Source: Acanthaster planci
Taxonomy: Eukaryota
Length of the DNA stretch: 46,788 nucleotides
NCBI RefSeq assembly: GCF_001949145.1
Contig: NW_019091357.1
Location: 2,577,920 to 2,624,707, forward strand
Reading direction: 5' to 3'
The notes under the pieces were generated by a model. It was not told the DNA's origin, did no database searches, and was given only the letters and a program-made list of their open reading frames with translations. Position 1 is the stretch's first letter; each line of letters begins with the position of its first letter. The position numbers were made by a program, and so were the translations under genes. Of this stretch, positions 1 through 12,200 are shown in pieces.

Positions 1-151
1 GTTTCAATGCATGTGCATGACCCACAACTACAGAACAAGTGTGTAACATTGTTTTCGTGTACTGAGAGTGTTCAAGCAGGTGACTCACTTGGCACGTGGA
101 AAGTTGCTCAGTGAGCAGTGAGAATGACGGCATTTTGAATCTGATCACCAG

Positions 152-275
152 GCTACGAGTGTTCAACTGGGCACCCCGCCGGGGCATGTGGGAAGAGGCC
201 AAGATGAAGGAAATTAAGAACCTCTACACCATCACCGCACTGGCCTGGAAGAAGGACGGCTCTCGCCTCGTGGCC
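152..275 (+). CDS. IFT172: IFT172 exon 1 of 33 in window
   Basis: ccag|G CTA ... GCC|gtgag; [17 protein letters not shown]...GSRLVA. Confidence 0.93.
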
Positions 276-3200
276 GTGAGTTCGTAGGATTTACTCCCAA
301 AGATCAAAATCTGATTGTTTAAGCATGTATTTGTCTGAGTGTCGTTCAAAACCGCTCAGTCAAACTAGTGCAGCACTGTGTTGGAATGAATGTGTTAGAG
401 CAGTGTAGCCGTGTTAGAGCTGTGAACTAGACAAATTGGAGTCCTCCGATGTGACACACTCCAAATTTCTCTTTGACTTTCGTCAAAACTTGCCGTCAAG
501 CTTCTTTGTTGATGAGCTTCAAACTCAGTCAGGCATTGACAGTCTGACCTTACTGTGTAAATCATCGTCATCAGACCATGTTAGAAGANNNNNNNNNNNN
601 NNNNNNNNNNNNNNNNNNNNNNNNNNNNNNNNNNNNNNNNNNNNNNNNNNNNNNNNNNNCAGCCCAGCAGTCAGGGGTCAAAATAATCCCGCCGTGAAGG
701 GGTTAATAGGGGTTTTCATTCTGATGTAATATTCCAGGGCACCTTGTGCGGGGGCGTGGAGTTGTTTGACTGTTGTCTCCGTCGAGCCATCTACAAGAAC
801 AAGTTTGAGATGACTTACGTGGGCCTGTCCCAGGTCATTGTCAAAAACCTGTCGTCAGGAACCCGCGTTGTGTTGAAGTCCCACTATGGGTATGAGGTGA
901 GTATTGGCAAAACTCTGTGACTTGACTTGTGACGCAATGACTTGTGAGGACTTGTATGGACCTAAGGGACCTGTACTTGACTTGTGAGGACAAATGGTAG
1001 ACTTCTGAGGACTTTTATTTGACTTATGCTGACTTAAATTGGACTTGTACTGGATTTGTGATGACTTGTTGGACTTGTTTGGACTTTTATTGGAGTTGTG
1101 CAGACTTACATTGGACTTTTGGGGACTTATATTGAACTTGTTATGACATTTATTGGCCTTGTGAAGACTTATATTGGACTGGTGAGGACTTTGATGGATT
1201 TGATATAGCACTGGTTCAAGGCTTTCAATTGTCAGCTAAATAAATCGGTTGAATGCTTCTTACACAGGTGGATGAAGTTCGGATCCTTGGCAAAGATCGC
1301 TATCTCGTGGCTCACACCACGGACACATTACTGCTGGGTGACCTGTCCACCAACAAACTCAGTGAAGTTCCATGGCAGAACACCGGGGGAAATGAAAAGT
1401 TCTTCTTTGAGAATGAATCGGTACGGCCAGTTTGCCAGTGAAGTTTTTTTTTTAACTTGAAATAATATACCATGCGATTGCTGTGTAAGATTTTGCCAAA
1501 TTTGGGAAACTTGCTGGGTAAAAAATCAGCAGTAGTTAGGTTGAATAAGCACTTCTGTATACGTTTGCACTGGTTTGGATGACTCTGACTTTAAGAAACT
1601 TCAGCTTAAAATTCTTGATCCTTTTGTCTGTTCAAGGTGTGCATGATATTCAACGCTGGTGAGTTGAGTCTCGTTGAGTATGGGTGCAACGAGATCCTTG
1701 GATGTGTTCGCACCGAGTTCATGAATCCTCATCTTATCAGGTAAAGTGTGGCCTGCCCTTGAGTACTTTGTCAGATCTGAGACGCTTTAGTGATGTTAAC
1801 TTTTTGGATATCAAACAAGACATACATCTGTAGAAACCCTTTAAGAAAAGTCTTATTGAAGATGTCAAACACTGGCCAGGCCTGCTGTATCTTGTAGCGG
1901 TTGACAGACTTCAGTCTTGATTATCAAAATCCTTTGGTTTTGCTTCTTGCCAACAGCGTCCGACTGAACGAACGTAAACAGCTCGGCGTTGAAGACAACA
2001 AGAAGATGGCATACCTCGTGGACTTGAAGACCATCTCCATCGTGGACCTGATCATGGGCTTCAACATCGCCACCCTGACGCATGACTCCAAGATCGACTG
2101 GCTGGAGCTGAACGAGACTGGAAGGAAACTGCTCTTCCGCGACAAGCGACTCCGAGTAAGCATCCTCTTGACAAGTCAACTCATTACTCAGTAGTCGCTG
2201 CTTCCTGGGAGAATGCAGCCTGTAATCTTGTCGCTTTGAGTTTCTTTTGTATGATTATCTTAGTGCCCAACAAGCTGTTATGAGGCGTAGTGTTTAGGGT
2301 TTACGATTCATGATTCAAGCTTCAGGAGTTAGAATCTGGCTGTGTTGTGTCCTTGGGCAATCCATTTGACCCAATTTACCTTTCTCCACTTGAGAGTGTG
2401 AATTGATACAGCTTGTCACGGTATCGCCCAGCAAGTCTACAAAAAATGAACCAAAATTACTTCAACAGCTCTTTCCTTGTCTTTGCACAGCTGCACCTGT
2501 TTGACATAGACACCCAGACGAAGACCACTATTCTCAACTACTCCAGCTACGTCCAGTGGGTTCCGCAGAGCGACGTCGTCGTTGCGCAAAATCGTGGCAA
2601 CCTTTGCGTGTGGTACAACATCGACCATCCTGAACGTTGCACCATGTTCAGCATCAAGGTACAGGGGTCAAAATGGTTGGGGGGGGGGTTGGGAAAAGAT
2701 CCTAAAGGTGGGGCATTACTTGAATCACCCATTTGGAGCAGACCCAAGTTTGCCTGTGACAAACTCTGGTTGGTATCCACTGGTTTTGGATAGAGCAGTT
2801 TGCATTCCGATGTTTCTTATCTGATCAAAAGTTAATGAAGTGTGAACAGGTGGTCGGTGATGGCAGTGCCTGTCAGTTTGCTGACAAAAAAATCGACAAA
2901 AGTCCACTAGATTCTTGCTTATACTGTATGGCATTGGGAAAAGTGTCACAAATTATTGGGTAAGCAGCTTTGAATCATAAAAATCGACCGAATACATCCT
3001 GAGAAATTATATAACAAAACAGTCAAACTTTGCCCGTGCTCCTGAGCAGTTCCGTTATTTCACACCATCAGCGGGTTCCAGCCAGTGTGCCGTGATTGAC
3101 GGGGCAATTTTCACATTGGCCTTGGGGGAAGTGGGTGCCAGGGTGATTGTTTATCTTATAATTACTAACTGCCGATCCAGTCAGGATGCAACTGGTGAGT

Positions 3201-6200
3201 AGCATTCAGAGGTTTTGGCTAATGGAAGTTTCACGTAATGTGAGATTAGAGCCTTAAAATCCACTTGAACAAAAAATAAGCCGGACAAGCCTGTTTGAAT
3301 CTTTCACCCACAGGGAGACATCGTTGATTTAGAGAGAGCTAACGGCAAAACGGACGTCATTGTGACTGAAGGAGTAGCAACCATATCCTACACTCTGGAT
3401 GAAGGACTGATTGAGTTCGGCACAGCGATTGACGATGGCGACTTCACAAGGTACAACTGAAAAAGACATATTGGGACTCACAGATATAACCTAACAGTGG
3501 TGAAAATCTGAAGTATCGGGTTGTGTCCAAATGTGGTTGATGACATGTCAATTATTGTCATGTGAATGGTTCCTGCCATACTGTTCTGGCCATTGATAAC
3601 CAGTCCTGCAACCGTGCCTCGGGTTCTGGTTCTTTACTGTCAACTAGATAACTGTGGTTCACTCTAGCTGTTCGCTCCACCTTGCCTGTGGGATCTTCCC
3701 TGGCCTGCATGATTCTCGTTATGTTGCAATATCAGACCAGAACCAATTATACTTTGACTGGATCCAAAATGTATTTATTTCCGTTCATCTAAGAGCTCAC
3801 GTAGTGCCAAGTACTAGATGTAGCGACAACTACATGTATGAACACAAGAAAAGGTCAGTTCTAGAGGTGGGAGGAAAACCTCGGATAAATATTCCAGGGA
3901 AAACCGATTGAATCAGGTAGGGACTGAAAACTCATTTCACATGCTGACTTAGGTTGGATTCGAACCCAGGTGGCATTGGCAGAAGGCGAGGAAGGGGCTA
4001 CTACAAAAATGTGACTTCCATTTTAAAATCTAGACCAGACTGTAGGAACAGGGACAGGCCTACTCGTGTGGTTAGATGCGTGCTGTCTAATAAGATGTAA
4101 AATTTCTCCCTTTTCAGGGCCGTGGCGTTTCTGGAGACCTTGGAGATGACCAGTGAAACGGAGGCCATGTGGAAGACATTGAGCCGTCTGTCCCTGGAGG
4201 CCAAGCAGCTTCACATTGCCGAGCGTTGCTTCGCTGCCTTGGGGGATGTGGCCAAGGCCAGGTACCTACGCAACGTCAACAAGATGGCGGCAGAACTGGC
4301 CCAGGAAATCGTGAGTTGGGACCTTGAAATTGTCAAGTGCTTCATTATGCATCGTTTGGTGTGATTTCAAAAAGTAAGGCTACCTCCGAATCTTGCATCT
4401 CGAACTAGCTCCAAGTCATCACGGGTTGCAGATACGTGGGCACGTGATGACAAAGCCTGTTTCAGACACAACCTGTCTTTTGAATGGTTGACTGAGTCCT
4501 GGAGTTTGTGTTCAACCTAAAGAGCACAACTTGACTCTGGCAATCTTTACATCCTTACTCAGGCACACCTACCCTCACCTCTTAAATTGCCGTCATCCTT
4601 GAGATCTGTATTCACTTTTCAAGTGTGACATTGCAATTGGGGCTCCTACCACCGTAACCGTTCGTAGCAGTACCCCCCGCAAATAGTCTCACAAAGCAGT
4701 CCCTCGTTCCTAACATACATCAACCGTTTTCCTTCATTCCAGGGTGGAGACGGGACTCGGCATTACTCTGTCCGAGCCAAGCTGGCCATCTTGAACAAAG
4801 ACTTCAAGGAGGCAGAGTCCGTATTCCTGGAGCAGGTAAGATGTTCCCATCTGGATACGAACCGGGGGTTGCATGATGAAGTCCGTCACTTGCTGGCTGA
4901 CATTGTAGTCTTGACCACAACTTTGGGTGGTCATGATGCTGGTGAGCTCAGACTTAAAGTGTCTGAACCACTCGCAACCCATCCATTTCAAGATGGCTTA
5001 TTTTTGGAAACAGGGAGCTGTAAGTCTGGTCTATCAGTCTTCAATAGTCTCAAGTTGAGGAGGTGGGACCCTACTGTGTGTAATGGAAGTGATAGCCCTT
5101 GTCAGTTTGCATGCGATATTGTTGCATGTTTAAAAGCACTTCACACCGTGGAAGTTTGAGATGTGTTGGGTGAGGCTCCTCCAAGAAGGCATTTTCGTCC
5201 AAAGTCCAAACCTATACCTTGACTTACTTTCATCTTGTATTTGAGCTTAGACATTGCAAACTTTTTTTAAGTGAAGTTGGCAAACTCGAAATGAGTGTTG
5301 ACAGTGGAGCAGATAACTGACAAACCAATGAAGTTTAAAGTTTTTCGCACTTTTTAAACTCAGAATAACATTGACGAAGCCATGGAGATGTACCAAGAAC
5401 TCCACAAATGGGACGAGGCAATTGCTGTGGCTGAAGCTAAGGTATGGGCGGCCTCATCTCCCAAAACTTTTTGTTTCAGAAATTTGTTAATTTGAGAGAT
5501 TTTAATTGTGTATTAGATTCAAACTTCTAAGCTGACCCCATCAATCTTGGTGTCTGCACGAGTGAGCAGGTGATCGTGGGTTCAGTTTCACAATATCTCC
5601 TAAGAGCACTCGATGTACAGTGCTTTCATAATTTCTCTGAAGCGCGTATCCCAAGATCTCCACATTAAGTCCTAATCGCAGGCTTTGACCTTTAACCCCT
5701 CCAGGGTCATCCTGAGTTGGAGAGTCTGCGCCGCAACTACTACCAGTGGCTGATGGACACCGGCCAAGAGGAGAAGGCAGGCGAGATGAAGGAGAACGAG
5801 GGGGACCACCACGCTGCCATCAACCTGTACATGAAGGCCGGCATGCCCGCCAGGGCTGCCAGATTGGCCACGAGCCGCGGGGACCTGATGGAAAACAGAG
5901 ACCTGATACAGAGGATCGCCGCAGCGCTCATCAAGGGAGAATTCTACGAACGGGTGGGTTGACGAGGAACGAGCCATGTTTGGAAGCCGATGGAATCCAT
6001 GAAAGAATAGTTTGTCCTTCCAAGCCAAGTCTTACGAAATCGGGGTACCGCCACGTGGCCATGTGACTCTGATTTGCTTGAAAAAATGCCCGTAAATTCC
6101 CTAAACACACCAAACAAAAGAAAACAAAAATTTTCAGCTTGATATCTTTAATCTTGTTTTGAAAGCTAGCAACAGCTTGCTTGATTGAATCTGTTCATCA

Positions 6201-9200
6201 CCTTTTTTTCAAGGATGTGATTCTCTCTAGAGTAGCCAGATTTCAGCCATTTTCTACGTTTTGATGACACGGGAACTATGCAAGCTTGTAAACATTTCCT
6301 ATGTGTGTCACATTTCAGGCAGAAGTTTTGAGAGCCAGCCTTCATCCCTGTTTGATGAGTGGAAAGATATTAATGGACACAAGTCCTTCTTGACGTGTTA
6401 TCTAATCCATTAGCACTTGCATTTCTTTTGATGACGTTACATTCAGCGACGAATGTATAAACCTCTAAAGTTCTGGAGCAAGTAGGGGCGGCATGGGGAG
6501 TAATAGTTGGGGGAGGTTTGGGCTTTGTAGCGATTGAGTTTGTTTGATGACGAAGAGGTCCTTTTGTTTTTCTTTCAACAGGCCGGTGATTTGTTTGAGA
6601 AGACCAGAGACGACCAGAGAGCCCTGGAGTGTTATCGCAGAGGCAAATCCTTCAGGCGAGGTAAAATGACTGAGATTTTGACATTTTTTTTTCTAGCCTG
6701 TCCCTCTCAGGTGCGCTTGGGCCGTTTTGCCTAGTCTCACTTTTTATTACCGCCTTTCGCTGCATCTTGAGTTACGTAATCGGTTTCAAATGTTCGTTAT
6801 TGGTACCACTTGAAAATGCTCCACACTTTGGCCTGTTGGAGGGAAGCGGTATAGAGTTTAAGGTCTTCATCTGAGGAAACCAAACGTTCATTCGATTTGG
6901 ACATCTGGCGCGGACTGGCCAGCTGACCCTGGCAAGCTCGGTGGTCGAATGGTTAAGATGTCTGCACTCGTAAGCAGGTGGTCGTGGGTTCGAGCCCCAC
7001 CCAGTGAGCTTGTGAATTTTTATCACTAGCTCTCGGACAGTACTGAGCATACAGTGTTAATTAATATACTTCGGTGTAAGGGCAAATCCATAATTAAAAT
7101 TAACATGTCCCCGACGCAAAGTACATCTTAAAATGAACACCCATGTTGATAGCAAAACTCTTTCCATTTATCGTCTTTATTAACTGAGACGGCGCCCTCT
7201 GTAGTTCAGCATGAAATCAAATGAAAACCACTGATTACATTATCGTTCATTAGAGAAGCAGTTTGCATGACACACGCTGCTAATTTTTGTCTGCGCCGTT
7301 CTTTTTCAGCCGTGGAGCTTGCGCGGGCGTCCTATCCGACCGAAGTGGTCCGTTTGGAGGAAGAATGGGGCGACTACCTGGTGTCTCAGAAACAGATGGA
7401 CGCCGCCATCAACCACTACATTGAAGCTGGGTAAGCTAGGTGGACGTATCGATTTCTGAATGTCATCATGTTGACGTTCCTCATTCTTGAGTTGAATTAC
7501 TTCTATCACTGCAGTCCAGTTTGTGATTAACCATTCAGACATAATTGTGGGGTTCATCTCTGCGTTGAAAATGCCCATAATACGTGGTGACAGATAAACG
7601 TGGTCATTCCAAAAACATGGACTTGCAAACTTATCACTGTCCCGGAATGTCAAGTCATCTTTTACGTCATACCTGATGACTGTCTCGGTCGATTTTTACT
7701 GATTTGCAGGTAATGGCAAAAAGGCCAGTTTGACTTTGCAGCGCTGTGCCAAATACGCAGTCGAATTCTTTACCAACTTGTCAGATCTTGTTTACGGCAC
7801 AGATTAAACAATTAAGTGACTCAAAATTGCAGATGCTGTAAAGGTTACTTTTTTAAAACTCTGTATTAAACTTTATCTGTATCGTCTGTTTTGGTTTTGT
7901 TGGAAGTTGTTCCCAGAAGGCCATAGAGGCAGCCATTCATTCCCATCAGTGGAATAAAGCCATCCAGATCATCGAGATCCAGGACCCTACGGTCGGTGAG
8001 AAGTACTACCCGAAGATCGCCAAGCACTACGCCAACATCAGAAACTTCGAGGTGGGCAGGAACGATTTTTATCATAGACTTGCGGATCAGAAAATATTGC
8101 TGAACCCTGAAGGAGTCAGGGTTTTCAGATTTTGTCACAGCTGGGCCGTGGCTTAAATCTTTTTGAAACGCAGCGTATAGTGTAATTCGACCACCAGAAT
8201 TAGAAGCCATTACCGTGGTGTCACAACGCTCGTGGACAGGTGGTACGCGCTCATTACATGCCTCTTCGACCAATAGGGTGTCGTGATTTGCCAGACACAC
8301 GCGCGCATCGAGCTGAAGAATGTGCGTGTGAGTGCGGTGCCACCGCAGTTATGATGTCGAATCAGATTAGTCTATATGTAGTGACAATTATTATGAGAAC
8401 AGTTTCAATTTGATTTAAAGAATTGTGTTGCTATGGTTACAATGCACGTCTTCAATCCATGTCGGCCCTGTGCATTGAACACTGAAATGGGCAAAGTTAA
8501 CATGTTGGACCCACCTCTCTAACAAAAATATTCATATCGTAAGAATAGTATGTCTGATCTTCATAAAAGTGATGTCTAAATGATCATATGGCATTGATGG
8601 ACAAATTCCTGAAGACTCAGGATAAAAAAAATGAAAATGTTGAGGTGATGTGGGTTCCAACTTTCAGGGTCAAAGAAATTTATATGTGCAGCTGGCAGCC
8701 GGTCAAAGCAATGTACAACACTACCGCTTTTTTGGCCAGTAACTATATATGTTTACCAGCAAATCTGACTCAGAATCCCACAAAATGAGTTGAAAGAACC
8801 TTCTGTTACATCACGCACTGCATTTCTTTTTCCCGACCAGATGGCGGAGCGATATTTTGTCCAGGCTGGAATGACCAAAGAGGCCATCGACATGTACACT
8901 GCTGCCGGCAAGTGGGAAGCGGCGCATAAGGTGACTGAGACAAAATGGTGTCATCTTACAATGTTAACTATTTCTTTTAAATACATGTGTTCTTTTAGGT
9001 TTTCCATGTCTCTGCAGTTACTCAAATTAATCATTTAAAATATCTCCGCATCTCTCCATTTCATTAAAAGGTTTCACATGGCGAGGGGTTACTGTCAAAA
9101 TAGGTATCTATGGTAGCATAGACTGGCAACCTGTTCTCATGGTACATTTATCTTTCTTTTTTTTCCTGTTTTTGATGGGTGTAGTGCTGACGGTTTCATT

Positions 9201-12200
9201 AAAATGAGTTGACTTTTGTCCGATTTTCCTTTGAACAGCAGGCCAGTGTTATATCTAGACTAGATGGGCCTAGGCAAGTTGAGCCCTTCAAACTGTGCTG
9301 ATGAATATGTATATCTGTTTGTTTCCATGGCAACAGCTTGCCGTAACCTGCATGAAGAGCGAAGAGGTTGCGGTGTTGTACGTTACCCAGGCCCAACAGT
9401 TGGAGAGCCAGGGCAAATTCCGAGAGGCGGAAAGGTAGGAAGCCATTTTTGTTGTAGAAATTTAGGTGTGCCATTTTTCAAGTATCCACCCCGAGCTGAA
9501 GTGCACCCCCTGTCAGCGAAGAGAAAGACAGGGGGTTAGTTGCACGTGTTCTGCGTGTACGCAAAGACCATACATGCCGGAGTAAATTAGGTACGCGTAC
9601 TCAGTGTGCTCCGCGTTAAACGCGTATATACTTGCGTGCCTCGTGGCATGTTTATTATGTGGTGTGCACTAAAAAAAACCACGCCCTCTGTTGTTCCACT
9701 TGGAGCAAATTACACATTAGGATTTCACAGTATTAAGAAAGGATTTCATCCATTGTCTGGCTTACCTGATCATAGTTTTTGGAACATCACATGGACCTAG
9801 TCATTAATTTGCACATAACTGAACGCCTTCTGACATCGCTTTAAGAGTGTTTGTTGTTGACCGAATTGTGTAAAATTCACTCCTCTGAAGATGCAGAAGA
9901 TTTCACTGTAAAGTGAGGAGGTACAGGATTTGAATGGCATCCAATTTGCAAGAATCATCTCATCTGTCAGATTTTGCCAAGATTCTATAATCAGGATTCT
10001 TCTATTGCCAAGAGATAGACTTCCAAGAGGAAGTTCTTTGCCCCAGTTATTAATACTGTATCTTCTTGATAGATTGTACTTGACGGTGGATGAGCCCGAC
10101 TTAACCATCACTATGTACAAAAAGCAACGACAGTACGATCACATGATCCGCCTGGTCAAGCAGTATCACCCAGATCTACTCCAGGACACCCATCTCCATC
10201 TGGCTAAGGTTTGAGTACTAGAACTGTTTGTTAGTGACCACCAAAGTTTTCATTACAGGCTTGCTATGGACTCGTACTTGAATGTGGAGCTCCATAGCTT
10301 TGCAGTCTGGTGCGGTGAAGCAGAGTGTGAGTTAACCTTCAGATTGTGAGTCGGTGCACAGTCTGGTGGCTGTGCAGGGATGTCCACAGGCAAGACACTT
10401 TACCATAATAATGAAAAAAAATTGCTCCAGCCCAGCCGCCGAGGGAACAGATGGTACATCTCCAGATTTTATGCCTGTTTTGGTTTGTCTTGTAGGAGCT
10501 GGAGGGAGAGCAGGCTTTCCGCCAAGCGGAGCACCACTACATCGAAGCCCGGGACTGGAAAGCCGCCATCAATATGTACAGGGCTCAAGATTTGTGGGAT
10601 GAGGCATACAGGGTAAGTGGTGGGATTGGCACTTTGAACATCGTGGTTCTTACTTTCTCGTAAAAGTGACACCTTGTTGATGCTAAAACCCCATGGTTGG
10701 TTGACCAGGAGATGGCAGGAGTCTTGTTGGAAGAGCACTGAAATCTGTGAAGATGTGGATTCCATTGCTGTCTTTAGCCCATCACAAGTCCTCTGACTGG
10801 TCCAGTCACGAGTCCTTTCACAGGTCGAGTCACAAAATCCACAGAGAATATGGTGACAAAAGAATGATTTTGTCACGGTTAATTTGAATAATTTATTGCT
10901 TTGCCTGAGACTTGATGACTCATTACAGATACATCAAAGCAAAGATCTCTCGTAAAAACAAACAAGCAAGAAACATCTTTAAAACTCGTTTCATGGGATT
11001 GGGTCTCGACTTTGCTGTTGGTCCTCAGGTTGCCAAGAACCATGGTGTCGCTAACACAGCCAAGCAGGTGGCCTATCTGTGGGCGAAGAGCCTCGGTGGC
11101 GATTCGGCCGTCAAGCTTCTCACAAAGTTTGGCCTTCTGGAATCCGCCATCGACTACGCCACAGAGAACTGGTGAGTTGTTCCATATATTCTTTGAGATG
11201 CAAACACCCTCAACTACATAATCACAGAATGTTTCAATCGTAGAAGCTTTCTCCACGGCAGAAATATTCTGCTGAGATTGAAATCCCAGGCCCTCTGATT
11301 TGTTAAACCTATTTATTTCAGGTCACTGTTGTCAAGCAGTTTGCAGTAGCTATACATTTCTGTAAGACCAAGTACTTGAAATTTTGTCAGTTTTCCAATA
11401 CATGTCAAATTGGGAGCCTTGTCAATTTCCCTTCGGATTTATTTCCGAAGTTGTAAAGTAGCATTCTGTTTGGTTGACCACGTATGTTGAAGTGCATGCC
11501 AACCATGCGATTGTTCTCTTCCCTCCGTACAGCGCATTTGATTTTGCCTTTGACCTTGCGCGGACCGCCATGAAGAACAAGATGCCGGATATCTCCCTGA
11601 AGCACGCCATGTTCCTGGAGGACGAAGGGAAGTACCAAGAGGCCGAGGCTGCGTTCATCAAGGCGGGGAAGCCCAAGGAAGCCGTACTGATGTGAGTGGG
11701 TTTGAGGCTATGGCTGAAACCACTTTTCCTACAGCTGTGTACATCATTCCCTGTCGTAGCCAGTTGGTTTAAACAGGGCTTAGCTTTGATGTGGTTTGAT
11801 GTTGTTAAACAGTGTTCGACAACTTCTGGGCTTGGTTTATCGGTCGCAAAATGAAGAGGAATTCTGAAGGAAATCATGATAAAAAGTTCAGGTCAAAAGA
11901 GTGTTCACAGAGTAGCTAAAACGATTTTTTTGGTGATGTTTTGAAACAAAAGAATGTCCACGGTAGGTATGTAACGTAAACCTGCGTGCATGTTCTCCAG
12001 GTATGTTCACAATCAGGATTGGGACTCTGCCCAGCGTGTGGCAGAGGAGTACGACCCAGACAGTGTGACCGACGTCCTGATTGGCCAGGCTCGTTACGCA
12101 TTTGACCAGAAGGAATACCAGCGATGCGAGGCGTTCTTACTGCGCGCCCAGCGGCCAGAATTAGCTATCAAATACTACAAGGTAGGTAACATGCAAGGGA

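Noticed and set aside
855..1211. 118-aa S/K/N-rich ORF on the minus strand
   Set aside because: It is the translation of the intronic GACTT minisatellite.
6935..7010. Functional tRNA-Thr gene
   Set aside because: The 8-nt anticodon loop and 3-nt acceptor-stem insertion fit a pseudo-tRNA or repeat better.
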